Positions 13,698 through 26,699 are shown, counted from the stretch's first letter. The stretch is 64,000 nt of DNA from Tubulanus polymorphus (GCF_964204645.1 NC_134031.1:8990001-9054000), one strand, 5' to 3'. Program-made: numbers and translations. Notes: a model not told the origin generated them from the letters alone.

Positions 13698-14619
13698 GTA
13701 AAAATCAAGCAAGCGGTAAAGGCAAGCAAGCCCATGAAAATAGCACGTAAAGTGGGAAAGTGTATATTTAGAGTCTAATAGCTTATGGCCACCAATCAGC
13801 CATCTCAAATGCGATGACCACCGAAATTGAAAGAGTTTTAAAGCTATATTCAATCACCAAGGCACTTCATACACATACAACTATGGCTGGAAATTGAAAA
13901 TTGGAAATAAACCAATTCCCAGGGACGCTGTTGTATATCTATGTAAATGCTTAACAGTACCCAAGTATATGGAACCATGATTCATTGTATCCTTTATTGA
14001 TGACATTGATTTTCCTTATGATCAATTTAATTTCGGTCATCAAGCATTGAGTGAAAGACAAGCCACTGATGAGCCCTATATTTCTGAGGCAGATTATTAC
14101 TTTTCTATATAAGTTCTAGTTGCTTTTGTAAAACCACTAACAAATTGGGTTTTTTTTAATCAAATAACCATCAAACAACACTACATGTTTTTATTGGTAG
14201 TCAGCCATTGTTACTGCCAGCTCTCAATGATAATAGGTAGGAGTAAATGTAGTTCCAATCATTGTCGTCTCATGCTAATTTATGCAGGCCTAACTTATGG
14301 GCAAAAAATTCTAAAAATGGCAAGGAGTAGGCCTATTTTAATCGCAATTTTCAACTGAGATCTTCAATGAGTGTATCTGTTTGTGTACACACTGGAGTGT
14401 GTGATGCCCCCCCCCCCCCCGGATATGTCATCAATGTTTACATGCCTCACTTTGGAATTTTCAGCTCTCATCTGATGGAAATTCTGCTGATAACAGTATT
14501 AAAATCGTTGTATACAAGAATATATCGTTGTATAGGAAGAATTGGAAATTTCAACTAGCATTATGCTAAACAACAAGAGTAGAAATGAATGGCCAATTAT
14601 AATTTTTTTCCTGCAGTTC

Positions 14620-15140
14620 CCCTTTAACTCATTCGAATTATCTCCGAAGTTAATTCCGAATTAGCTTCCCATAATGAATTAGCCCTACAAAACGAACAAA
14701 GTTTCATTCATAAACGCCCCATTGCCAAGTATTTTAAGCTTTTTTGGAGGTAAAGAAAGATCGAATTCTGTCATTTCGCATTTTCTTTGAACTCTTTTTC
14801 TCCAATGCGATTTTCAATAAATTCTAAAAATGTATAGGTCTAATAAAATAAATATCTCCATAACTGAAATTGTCAACTAATTTGAGTTTCGTCGTTGTTT
14901 ATGTTCGAGTCACGCTCTAAAAAAGAGTGCAGTAGCCTGCAGATCTTAGTGGTAACTAATTCGAATTTGCCAATCTAATCCTGCTCCGTAGTAGCACTAG
15001 ATTTTCGGGTAAAACTAATTCGAATTAAAGTTAATTCGCGTTTGTGAAACGGGCATCAAAAATCAACCTCAAAATTTTAATTCGGATTAGCAAACTAACC
15101 CAAATTAGAGGCTTAATCCCCGTTCGTGAAACCGGGCTCC
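14620..15140. mobile_element. MITE remnant
   Basis: Repeated GAATTA/TAATTCG motifs. Ends CGTTCGTGAAACCGGGC. Confidence 0.4.
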
Positions 15141-15305
15141 ACCAGAGTGGTACTTTGAATATGTGAGTATGAGCTCTTGTTCTGATTAAAAACAAAATCT
15201 AAGAGCTATGGGCTACATTACCTAAACTAAAAAGTCAGAGCAAACAATTCATTAATTATTCAATTCTTAAGTTCCCTCAAGAATTTAATTTGAAACAGCA
15301 CTTAC

Positions 15306-15434
15306 CATATGAAGTTCCAGGTCCAAATTCATTGCCAGCGTCCACCATAAATTGTCCAAGTTGTTCTTCATTAGTGACAAGATCTCTTTTCTTTTTATCC
15401 ACTTTCTCATAAATCAACTGTTCGTAACGAATGC
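15306..15434 (-). CDS. SH3GLB1: Endophilin-B coding exon 3
   Basis: ACAG acceptor and GTAAGT donor. Reads (S)IRYEQLIYEKVDKKKRDLVTNEEQLGQFMVDAGNEFGPGTSY(G). 129 nt, phase-compatible with neighbouring exons. Confidence 0.96.
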
Positions 15435-15628
15435 CTGTACGAATAAAATATTGTATCAAAATTCAAATTCATTTAAAAGGCAAAGAAGTTCTGCACAAAA
15501 TCTAATAGCTACTAGATTCAAAGACATCTAGGGGGATCTGTGCATTCAAGTATAGACCGGGCCTATAGTTAAAAAAAGCCTAACATGTCACCACTTGAAC
15601 CAAGAAGACGAGAAAAATCCCACAATAA

Positions 15629-16751
15629 TATAACAAAGCGACAGTTTATGACATTTTTTCTCACATTGTATCATATTTTATCTATCATATATTCCCATTT
15701 ATCAGATTTTGTAATCGATTATATAATAATGAAATTGATTTTATAGTGGATGTACCGAGTTTTATATCCATCAAAATGTGGATATTCGTTGTCTTGGAAC
15801 AATAACAGTTCAGTATTTTGATAGTTAAGTATTTCGAAACTTTTCCCGTGGGCAGCAACACAATGTTGTTATCTGCTGCAAACGAAATCCAGGGGGTCAG
15901 TCATCTGGCCTCCATTAAGCTGCTTTAAGATGTGTGTAAACATCCTCTGCCCTCTCTGCCGAAAATAGTCCTCGTATGCAATTTTGTTATAACTGTTTCA
16001 TATCAAAGCGACAACTTAGAATTTTGACCAGGCAACGAGTATCCACCAATTATCTTTAACCAGTTTTTGTTTTTGACCAATCAGAAGAATTGGGGTTGGT
16101 GGATTGTGGAAGGTGAGATGGGGACCCAAGATCGGTCTTGGGTCACATTTGCCTTCCACGATTCGAGAAATAAACAGCTTTAGCTTTGGAATTATACACT
16201 ATCATACTATAACTACGGATATTGTTACATTATATATTTTAAAGGTAAGAAGACTTTGTTTTTAAATCTATCAATTTTGAAGATAACTGAATTGACATTG
16301 ATAATTATGAAGTCATATTATTCATAGTGGATTATGATTGAAATATTAGAGAGAAGAATATATCAGTCAGAGTTGAGCACACGCCGCTCTACCTTAAGTT
16401 GGCTAAAAGTCTATGATGCTTACTAGCTCACGTCCGCTAGTTGGTCAAGACCGATCTGAATTAAGATTAACGTATATAACGAATGTTAGTTTCATTACTA
16501 CGATTATAATAGAAAGAGATCAAATGACTGTAGTGTCGCAAATAGTTGCATGAATATCTATATGTATATCAAACAATTCCTACTATCATATGAAATATTG
16601 TAACTCATTTGCCTTCCACGATTCGAGAAATAAACAGCTTTAGCTTTGGAATTATACACTATCATACTATAACTACGGATATTGTTACATTATATATTTT
16701 AAAGGTACCGAGCTTAGTTCCCCGAGCACCGGCTTTCGTTAGGGTGCTATA
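15629..16751 (+). mobile_element. Solo LTR inserted in the Penelope pLTR stub
   Basis: 4-bp TSD ATAA (15625-15628 and 16752-16755); removing the insert restores CCCACAATAACAAAGCC. Termini TATAAC...GCTATA. Confidence 0.65.
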
Positions 16752-17059
16752 ATAACAAAGCCAAAATTGAACAAGAAAATTAATTTTAATAAATTATTTG
16801 ACGCCTGCGAAAAATGTAGAATTTCTGGGATAAATGTGGAATTGCAAATTTGAAATCGATGTTTTAAGAAATTTGGGCAATTATGAGATTTGGCGATTGG
16901 GTAGATGATACAGGTCTTCGACTGTACTGATTTTAGTGGTTTAATTTCTTTTATTGAAAATTGTCAATGCAACTTCATTGCCTCCATCGTTGAAGAAAGA
17001 GCTCTACTGATGTCTGCTTCATCATGACTTCGGGCATATCGTGTAGCCTAGCCAGCCTC

Positions 17060-17210
17060 ATCTGGGTGAGTTCATCATCGAGAAAAAAGGGGGGTCGCAA
17101 ATCCTAAAAGCACGAAGAAATAATCCCTGCAGGGATTATTTCTTCGTGCTTTTAGGATTTGCTTTTAGGATTTGCGACCCCCTTTTTCTCGATGATGAAC
17201 TCACCCAGAT
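17060..17210. repeat. Spacerless palindrome with about 70-bp arms
   Basis: Centre CCCTG|CAGGG at 17129/17130. The right arm carries a 13-bp duplication GCTTTTAGGATTT. Confidence 0.92.
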
Positions 17211-17800
17211 CAGGAATTCCCTTTATAAGTTAGCTTATCCAATCAACGTTTTGAATAAAGCTCTTTTTCGAGCCCGTCGCAACCATTTTCGAATTCTCGA
17301 GTTTGCGCCCTCAGAAACAGCCCATTGTCGTACCTTATGTTCCTTTTTTGGAAAAATCAAAAAACCCCCTTCATCTCCATAACAAACAGCTTGTTTTCAC
17401 TTACAATAATAAACTTAGCCATAACTTAACTCACAACTCCTGCAAAACGGAACCTTTGAACATTGGTGTATACAAAATACCTTGTAAAGTATGTAATAAA
17501 ATATACATTGGTGAAACTGGGCGTGATTTGAAAAAGCGCCTCAGAGAACAAAGAAGTGACGTAAAAAATTTCAAACCCGAGAGTGGGGTAGCTAATCACG
17601 TTTATGAAACTAGTCACATTTTTGATTTTGATAATGCCGCTATAATCTTTCCCTGTCCCGATAAAACCAAACGTCACATTATGGAATCTGCCCTTATTAT
17701 TGAAAATATGGATAAATGTGTTCATTTGAATAACGTTTTTTCTCCTCACAATATTTTGATCTCTAAATTTCTCGCTTCACCTGTACCCCCATTATTCTAA
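17146..17800 (+). pseudogene. Penelope RT C-terminus plus GIY-YIG endonuclease (frameshifted)
   Basis: AFRICDPLFLDDEL..YP.., then GVYKIPCKVCNKIYIGETGRDLKKRLREQ...ANH...H.FDF...MESALI. Confidence 0.88.
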
Positions 17801-18095
17801 TCCCGTTTGACACTTCTATTCACTCACTCCCTCACTCATTTCTTGATTATCCCTTTGATGTTCTTGCCTTATGTTTTTGTCTGATTACCCCTTAGTTTGT
17901 TTGCCTTTAAACCCTCTGGGCTTTGTTTTTAGATTACTTTAATCTACATCCCCTTAGTTTGTCGTTTGCCTTCTTTGTTTTCTTCCTTAGTGTTCCGGGT
18001 TTTGGTATTTAATAACTTTAATCTTAATCCTTTAATCTTTATCCTTTGTCATATTTTTGTATAAATATCCTGTTATTTGATTTTGTTCTCAGTAC

Positions 18096-18133
18096 GCCTG
18101 ATGATAGCTATAAGTTGTTAGCTGAAACGTCGC
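18096..18133 (+). ncRNA. Minimal type I hammerhead ribozyme motif of the Penelope pLTR
   Basis: CUGAUGA-u-AGCUA-loop-UAGCU-GAAACGUC. Palindromic ACGU stem III; stem I is weak. Confidence 0.7.
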
Positions 18134-19627
18134 TCCTCAAATAGGCTACAATCATTCTGATATTGAATTTTTCAATTTTGGCTTTGTTATTGTGGGATTT
18201 CACTCGTCATCATCATATACGGATATTGTGTATCTTCTTGTTGAACCAAGAAATTTTTATGAAAATCTGTCAAATGAAACAATCCCAGCATTACAAGCAT
18301 TGCAAGATCATGCGGGACCGGGAAGTGTCGCTTAAACACGGTTCAAAGCACGGCAGTAAAACGGATGATGATCGTGATATATGAATACGAATTACGCTCC
18401 AAACATTTCCATAGAATAGGGAGGAAAATAGTTCTTGAAAATAATTACACAAACGTTAATAAAAGCGTTTAAAATTTAATAAACTGGACTCACACTCAAA
18501 GGCAGAGGTCGTGACATCTACCGCAGAGATTCAGAATTACGATTTAGACCGGACCTGGTACCAGTTTCTGTCCACACTCACATATTTAGACTGGTCCAAA
18601 ATTTGGTCCAGACCAGTTTCACTCTTTTAGACTGTGCCAAATTAGACCAGTCTTAACTAGACCGGTCTAATTTGGAACGGTATTTTTGCCCGTGTGTGAA
18701 CGCTTGCAAATTTAGACCGGTTTAAATTTCGTCATGTGAACGCGCCTTTATACTCACTAATAGCGAGTACCAAAATACAATCATCTATTGTATTTTAGTA
18801 CCCTTAGTTTTTTATCCTTTAAATTTGTTCTGCTTTTATGTGGTATATTATGTTTGTTTTATTACTTTTGAAAATAATCCAATAGAGTTTGTCAAATCAC
18901 ATAAAGGCTGGCTTATGTCGGCAAGCAACACGACGCCTACCAACGCAACTTGGTTTATCACCGATTAGCCATATCCGGCTAGTTGCCCATGTTCAACTCC
19001 GGCCTAGGGTAGGCGAACAGTTGCTTTCGATTGCAACCGACATAACCTCATCTGCGATGCGACGGAACTGAGCACAGGGGTTCCAGCCAATTAGAGACCT
19101 AATATACATAGTACAGTCAACCTCGGTTAATCCGTATCACTAAGGACTGAGCTTTTTAGTACGGATAAACTATAACCCGTATAAACTATGATTTAAGAGC
19201 ACAATCCGTTTCTCATATTTCCTACTGACCACAATAACCTCATTAGATTACAGATGTTTATACTTTTGTCACTTCAAGTGTATGTTCCCAACAGCTGATA
19301 CAGATTACTCATAAGGATTTACATATAAATTGGACAACGGGGCCCGCGTATTTGTCATCGGCCATTTTTTCATATACAATAAGCATTACAGTACGCAATT
19401 GCACTGAACCCTCCCCCTCCCCTAATGCGTTCTTAATAAATGAATGACCCCATAATACAAGAAGCTGCAACAATCCACGAGTTCAACCCCATAAATCATC
19501 AACCATGAATAGAACATTTCTTTGTAAAGGACCCACAATATGGCAGATTACACCCTCATTCATTAAGTCCGCACATATATCTTGATATAGGCCTACTTAA
19601 AACAAGATATAACAAGAAAGAAATTCT

Positions 19628-20890
19628 AACTAGGGGTCTAGGGACACCATGCCCACTTGGGAAGTGGTTTCAAATGCTCAACAATCTAACAATTTCAACA
19701 TTCAACGCCCCCTGGTGACCATTTACAAAAACCAATGACCTTGAAACTCACCACAATCATAGAACATGTCAGCAGCTACGATTTTGTAATTGATTGTGAT
19801 AACAAAATATGCCTCGTTACCAATTTAATATGGAAATACTAAGTCATTCTACTATTCAACGCCCCCTGGTGACCATATTCAAAACCCAATGACCTCGAAA
19901 CTCACCGCAATCATAGAACATGTCATGAACTACAACTTTGCAATTGATCATGGTAACAAAATATGCCTAGGTACCAATATAATAAGGAAATACTAAGTTA
20001 TTCTACTATTCAACGCCCCCTGGTGACCATATAGAAAAACTTATGTCCTAAAAACTCGCAACAATCATAGATGATGTCATGAGCTACAACTTTCCAATTG
20101 ATTGTGGTTACAAAATATGCATAGGTACGAATATAATAAAGAAATGCTAAGATATTGTATTATTCAACGCCCCCTGGTGGCCATATACGAAATCCAATTA
20201 CCTTGAAACTCACCACAATCATAGAACACATTATGAGGTACAACTTTCTAATTGATTGTGGTATCAAAATATGCTTAGGTATCAATATAATGTGGAAAAA
20301 CTTTTTCCCACTTACGAATGAGTACTGGTGACACCAAGATGGCCGCCAATTGCGTCATAATTGGCTGATGAAAAATACATGTCGCAGGTATAAAACATCC
20401 CTTTCCAAAGAATACCCATCAAAAATTGTAATGAGAAATGGCAAACCAGTAGGAAGCTACAGGACTCAGAATTCGGGCCAAAATTAACATTTTTGGGCAC
20501 TAAAAAGGTCATAGGACGGCCATCTTGAGTCCGACCGACCCAATTTTTGTTATGTTGATGGGCTATGGGGGGGATTCACATATATCCGAAAGATCAAAGT
20601 AATTGATCGAAGCGTCTTCAAAATTTCCCTCAAAAAGTTCAAAAATGTGTAAAAAGTACTGATTTTGGCGAACAACAATGGCTGCCAGTCGGCCATCTTG
20701 ATTCTGACAGGGCCAGTTTTTGGGCTGAAGATGTGCCTAGGGTAGATACATGTGTAACCCAAATATCAAGACGTTACCTTGAAGCGTCTTCAAAACTTCC
20801 CAAAATAACTGGATTCCGTCTACGGACGGACGGACGACGGACGAAAAGTGAACGCAATAGCCCGCTGGGACTAAAGTCCCAAGTGGGTTA
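19628..20890 (+). mobile_element. Helentron-type family A, complete, about four 154-bp units
   Basis: Subterminal inverted repeat CCCACTTGGGA / TCCCAAGTGGG, terminal hairpins and a (GGAC)n microsatellite. Unit anchors at 19701, 19855, 20009 and 20163. Confidence 0.85.
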
Positions 20891-21182
20891 AAAATGGGCT
20901 TGCTGACTTGGTTGTACTGAAAGCTTGCTTGGTGGTTATTTCTGTAGTAGAATTAATCGAACTTTGAACTGATTACTTGTTAAAAGAGCTAAGAGACCGG
21001 TGTTGTCTTACATAGTTACATGAAATGTTACACACAGGGACTGGGAATCAAAATGGTTTTATTGTAGACGTGGACCAAGTTAGTGCAAGCTTTTGGATAG
21101 TTGTTATTTGAATAATGTAGTGTCATCTTAACGGAATCTATCATCATGTTGATAATTGCTAGATTACTTATCGGATTGTGTG

Positions 21183-21662
21183 AAAAAGCTATTTTTCCCG
21201 GACTTTGCACAATGGTCAATGATATTTTCTGTAGTGCTTATAAAAATATTCCTCCCAACAACCAAATCAACTAAAGCTGTGAAGTTCACAGAAATCGATC
21301 TTGAAATACAATTTTAGAATTTTAGAATAAAACCCGCAAGTAAAACGGTGACGAGTGTTCACGTGAACACCTGCTGATTTCTGCGGCTAAGCCAATCATA
21401 GAGGAGTCTTTGCTTTCTGATTGGCTTTGCAAAACCAATATTTTTGCGATTAGATATTCGGTAAAAACCTCATATAAATTTCAACGAGACCCTCTTTCAA
21501 AATTCAGCTTCATAGAGTTTGGAGAATGGATAATACTTTAATGAATGATTTGTATGAATATATGCTCAGTTGCACGGTAAAAGAGCCTTTGCTCTGGAAC
21601 CATGTCATTTAAATTTGCTCCATTTGTAAAGTAATAGGCTCAGCCTACGGCTGGCCTAAAAA
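21183..21662 (+). mobile_element. Helentron-type family B, partial
   Basis: Matches 3135-3612. Confidence 0.7.
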
Positions 21663-22292
21663 TGTGAAAGTAAATGTTTTATTGTGAAATTTTGTGTTAA
21701 TAAAGAGTGAATTGAATTGCCGGCAGCACTTTGCCGTGCATGAATACCAATTTCAAGCCTGATCACGCAAGCTCAACCAAGGTTGGTATGTGCTGCTGAA
21801 ATAACAAAAACGATTAAACAAAATCATAAACAATGAAAACGACAACCGTTATAGCCAATATATGAAAGGAACCTAGATTTTGTTACTGCATTAAATGTGT
21901 GTAAATATCAGAGCCCAAGAAAGATTCTAACGAAAGCATTCGAATCCCCGAGCAATTTATCAATCCGTGTGATAGCAATATGGGCTTGCAAGCATGCAAG
22001 CCCATGAAAGCTTAACGTATAGTACTTTCCTAGTAATAAAAGTACGAAATGATGTATGATTTTTTAGTTAGATATAGTTCAAAACTAAAACCATCTCATG
22101 TACCATCTCATCTCTCCCTGCTGATGTAGTTAATTCATCAATGAACTCATTTCATATCTCAGATGCCTGGGCATCTCATGTGGATGTACAGCCTTTATGG
22201 CTCTGTCAAGGTCCCTGTCATCGATGCTTGCTTTTTTATAAATATTATGTAAAATTGAATTTTGATAAAGAAATAAATAAATAATAACTTAC

Positions 22293-22434
22293 TTGGGTTT
22301 GGCTGTAGAACACATTCCGTTTGTTTCAGTATTCGTTCAGTCCACTCTTTTGTTTTATCAGCACGCAATAACAAAGTTTCAAAATGAGAGTCATATTCAG
22401 TTTTCTCTGCTGAACCTAACTTTTCTTCCGTGTA
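22293..22434 (-). CDS. SH3GLB1: Endophilin-B coding exon 2
   Basis: TTTAG acceptor and GTAAGT donor. Reads YTEEKLGSAEKTEYDSHFETLLLRADKTKEWTERILKQTECVLQPNP, including the endophilin LQPNP motif. 142 nt. Confidence 0.96.
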
Positions 22435-22729
22435 CTAAAGATACAAAAATGTCTTATGAATGAAATGAAAATCACCACAACAATAATCATGTAATTGCTC
22501 AAGATACCTGTTTAAAACGTGCAAAACTTTGCATCATTGGAACAAGGAAGTGAAGTTCTACTTTGCAAACACAGCAATTCAATAAATGTTATTTTCAGCG
22601 AGTGCTACAAGCTTTTTACATATGGGCCTATAGGCCTACCTTATTGATCAAATAGGCCCTTAACTTCTATTACAATGAATCATATGTGTGAACCAGTTAA
22701 CAACACCAACATATGTGATAAAAAAGCCT

Positions 22730-23400
22730 TGTTGTGATAACAACATATGCCTCGGTACCAATATAATATGGAAATACTAAGTAATTCTACTATTCAACGC
22801 CCATATTCAAAACTCAATGACTTTGAAACTCACCACATTCATAGAACATGTCAGCAGCAACAATTTTGCAATTGGTTATGATAACAATAGGCCTATATGC
22901 CTAGGTACCAATATAATAAGGCAATACGAAGTTATTCTACTATATAACGCCCCTTGGTGACCATATAGACAAATTAATGACCTTGAATCTCACCACAATC
23001 ATAGACCTTGTCATGAGCTACAACTTTGTAATTGATTGTGGTAACAAAATATGCATAGGTGCATATATAATATGGAAATACCAAGTTATTGTATTATTCA
23101 ACGCCCCCTGGTGGCCAAATGCAAAAACCAATGACTTTGAAACTCACCATAATCATAGAACATGTCATGAGCTACAACTTTGCAATTGATTGTGATAACA
23201 AAATATGTTTACGTTTCAATATTATGTGGAAAAACTTTTTTCACCTACGAATGAGTACTGATGACACCAAGATGGCCGCCAATTGCGTGATCATAGGCTG
23301 ATCAAAAATACTTGTCTCAAGTATTAAAGATTCCTTTCCATAGAATAGCCAACAAAAATTTCAATGAAAAAATGGCAAACCAGTAGGAAGCTACAGGACA
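22730..23400 (+). mobile_element. Helentron-type family A, internal fragment with 154-bp units
   Basis: Matches 19790-20465. Confidence 0.75.
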
Positions 23401-23609
23401 AAAAGAGGGAGGAAAGTCACCATAGCAGAAAAATCTGGAAAATTATAAGTTATACATCTGCCCCACCTTGCGAGTGCTGAAGATGCGAAGCAACCCCCGG
23501 GGGGTTTTGGGTTTCTCCCCCAAGAGAATCTTTGAAATTAAAAGCGTTTTCCTAGCACTATTTTGAAAGTAATGTCCATTTCCAATGCGGCACATCCACA
23601 TTTCACTGA

Positions 23610-24720
23610 CTGTTCAGATGAAAGTTAACTATTGTTTGTGCATAAATTTGTAATCCTAAGTAGCTTTTGACGATCGTAGTAGCTCAGAACTTTTGACCAG
23701 TCGCCTCAAAAAATAGTTGAAGTGAGCAACATAACAAATATGTGGTGCATGAGGGGAGTGTAAATTACGGATTTGGACTTGACATTGATGCCAAAAATGT
23801 TTCAAATTCTTGAGGTTAAAAATGACCAAAATTCATGCGTTTTATCAACAAAAATTAACATTTAGAGTAATTTTAGAGAGTCATTTTGAATTTTCACATT
23901 TTATTAATTTAGTCCGTATTGGAAATCCTGATTGTGGCAATCAATTCAATTCAAATCAAATCAATAAATTCTCAAAAATACATCAAAAACATTATTATAA
24001 AACATATTTTCAAAGTCAACAAGGTAACTAATAAATCCATATTAGTAAAAAGGTTTGATTTGACGGCGCTATTGCACTTTCGTACCCCCCTCTCAAAAAT
24101 TTTTATTTCTGTATATTATTAATCAGGGAGGTCTGTAAAGTCAAAATAAATTACTTTTGACAAAAAAAAAATTTTTTTCCAAACCAAAATTCTGATAATT
24201 TGGGGCCGATTTCCTCGATTCAAACTGACGGGTCGGCCATGTTTCCGCACTAATTACCACCTAAAAACATCTGAATAAATATATCTCAATAAATTTAATT
24301 GTATTGAATTGATAAAATTGCGTTTTTTGGCGTATAACTTTTCTTCATCAGAACATCTTTAAATAAATAGCTAAGTATGAAAATAATGCAAACATAGCCT
24401 AAGCGTCATTTTCAGAGATGGTTATGTTTAAAAACATGGTTTTTGCAAAGTTTTAATGTCATGACATTTCAGTGGAGGGTTAGAAACTTTGATTGACATC
24501 CAATATGGCCTTGTTGACGTCGCGAATCGGCGAATTTAGACGCGATTTAGGGCCCAAAATAACATGATTGTAACCCAGAAAAAGTAAGTTTTTTGGGCCA
24601 AAAGTTACTGATTTTGAATCCCTAGACCTCCCTGATAATAAATATGCTGAAATAAAAATTTTTGGGAGGGGGTACGAAAGTGCAATAGCGCCTGATTTGA
24701 CACTAAAATCAGTTGTTGCT
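23610..24720. repeat. Interspersed repeat, inverted relative to 27645-28160
   Basis: About 470 bp of reverse-complement similarity, interrupted by the 24065-24692 MITE. Confidence 0.75.
24065..24692. mobile_element. MULE/Mutator-type MITE
   Basis: TIR GGCGCTATTGCACTTTCGTACCCCC and a perfect 9-bp TSD TGATTTGAC (24056 and 24693). The empty site is visible, inverted, at about 27668. Confidence 0.88.
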
Positions 24721-24721
24721 A

Positions 24722-25500
24722 GCTTGTTGGAATGGGGAGGGCTCAAATAACAATATGCTTTTTAAATTTTTGAATTATCTTCAGTAGTTTTCGAGATATC
24801 GCAAATTGAAGTTTGAAAATTTGAGCGAAAAGTGTCTTCATGTTTCAATAGGCCTACACAAAAACTGTGATCTAAGAAGGCAATATTTCATGTAAACAAA
24901 CTTCAATATCTCTTAAACTAAAAGAGATAGACTAGAAATTTAAAGAGCAATACACTCATAGCACTTTCAGGTGACAGTTGAAAGGCCCAAAATTTTTATC
25001 TGATTCCAAATGCCTATGGTTTCCATGGAAACCAGCCGAAAAATGGTAAAATAATGAAAATATCGATGTTAGATCAAAAGTTATGATGTAGAAAGGGGAT
25101 AGAATAACTAGTTATCAATAGTTTATGTTTACCCTAAGTTTATCTAGGAATATCTATTATTATATAGATTATTATTATTAGGTTTCCATGGTAACGGCAA
25201 GAAAAAAATGTGAAATATTGAGAAATATTGATATGATTTCAGATGAAATTATTTTTTTCACTACATAATTTTTGAAATGAATAAACATGATTATCAAGGC
25301 CTGTCAGTTAGGTCTATAGCCATAGGCTCCTATTGCAAATTGATTTAAATATACCAATTTTATATATTATTTGCTAAATGGATTTTAGTTATGAAAAGCA
25401 GAAAATTAGGCTTGGCCTGGCTCAAAACGCTGAAATTTGAAATATATTCATGATATCATAATAAAATCAATCAGTTTAGAAACATAAACCAAGCAATAGT
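24722..25500. mobile_element. Repeat family H with X-box-like palindromes
   Basis: 24725-24850 is the reverse complement of 37562-37690. Confidence 0.55.
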
Positions 25501-26699
25501 AATAATACTACTAATAATAACTAAATAATAATCCATTTGTTTTGTTTTGAGCTAAATTTCAACAATATTTTATATATATTTCAATTTTGCTGCTTTTGGA
25601 AAATCCCCTCGGGAGCCTTACTGTCCCATCATGCGCCTCTATTCAGTGCTTCATCTAGCATTAAAAAAGGGCAGGGTGCTGATTTCAAATAAGGGCATTT
25701 TTGTGCGTGATTCCATCGGAGCAAGGGCACATAATAACGCGCTCACGTCTGTTTTAGGGGCAAACTGCAATGTTTCCTATTGCATAGAATCTAGGTACCC
25801 CTTACTACGATTGAGGACTAGAAACTATGTTTAAATCTGATTATGCCATGAGTGACACACTTGACCACAGTACATCCTTACACCTATGCCTGTCAATGAA
25901 CAAAAGTTAATCTAGATAGGGCTTTCAAAATGATTTGGAAAACCAGTTGCAGACAAAAAAAATTGCCGAAAAAAGCAATCTCAAGTAGCAAATACAGCGA
26001 AAAAGAGCCAGCAATAGTGTATAGGCCTACATGAAATTGCATATTTCTAATCTTAGAAATATCAAATTAATTGATTTAAATTGATAGTGTTAGTGATTGG
26101 CAAGTAACTGTTGATTATTGGTAAGCAGTCAGCTTAAGAACACATTATTGCTATTAGGCTATTCAAACTAATTGTCTGTGCGAGTCTCTCTGTGAGTTTT
26201 TTACCTTGTATATAAAAAATTTGTCTAATAGTCTAGATAAAAAGATCCAGAGCATCACGATGTGTTCAAAACGAAACAATCCATCGAATATACACTACCA
26301 GCTTTACAACGGCAGTCGCTAGAATGATTGGCAGTAGTTTGGAAGTCAGCCAATTTCCTGGAAACTTAAACTAGGCCACGCGTCTGAGGCACGTTTTCAC
26401 ACGATGCACACTGACTGCAGAACATTTGAATATAACCACTGATCACATGAGCTACTATCGTTGATATGATACGAGATATTTCATAGCCGTCGCTGGAAAC
26501 CTACTAACAGTCGGATGCGTCGGCTTATTTTGAAAGCCCTGACTCATTACTCGTGACTGACAAGGGCATGATGGCGGACCTACGGCAAGTGATGAGGGCA
26601 CAAGGGCGAGCATAGAACATATCTGAAGGGCACGAGGGCGGCTACTTTCGGGGGCGGGGCGGACCGCCCTTCTATTTTTGGCTAGATGAAGCACTGCTA

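Larger units (their letters stand above)
15607..18240 (+). mobile_element. Penelope-like retroelement, 5'-truncated, with an inverted pLTR stub
   Basis: 12-bp direct repeat TTGAACCAAGAA at 15595 and 18241 (putative TSD). The left end is an inverted copy of 18170-18208. Contains GIY-YIG coding sequence and a hammerhead motif. Confidence 0.75.

Noticed and set aside
854-14558. Short ORFs in the track treated as genes
   Set aside because: They lie in repeats, show no recognisable domains and often start at TTG or GTG. The true exons here are not represented in the track.
16960-17050. Minus-strand peptide RYARSHDEADISRALSSTMEAMKLH, or a hammerhead/SECIS-like motif
   Set aside because: An in-frame stop lies just upstream, no family is recognised, and there is no GAAA core or supportable fold.
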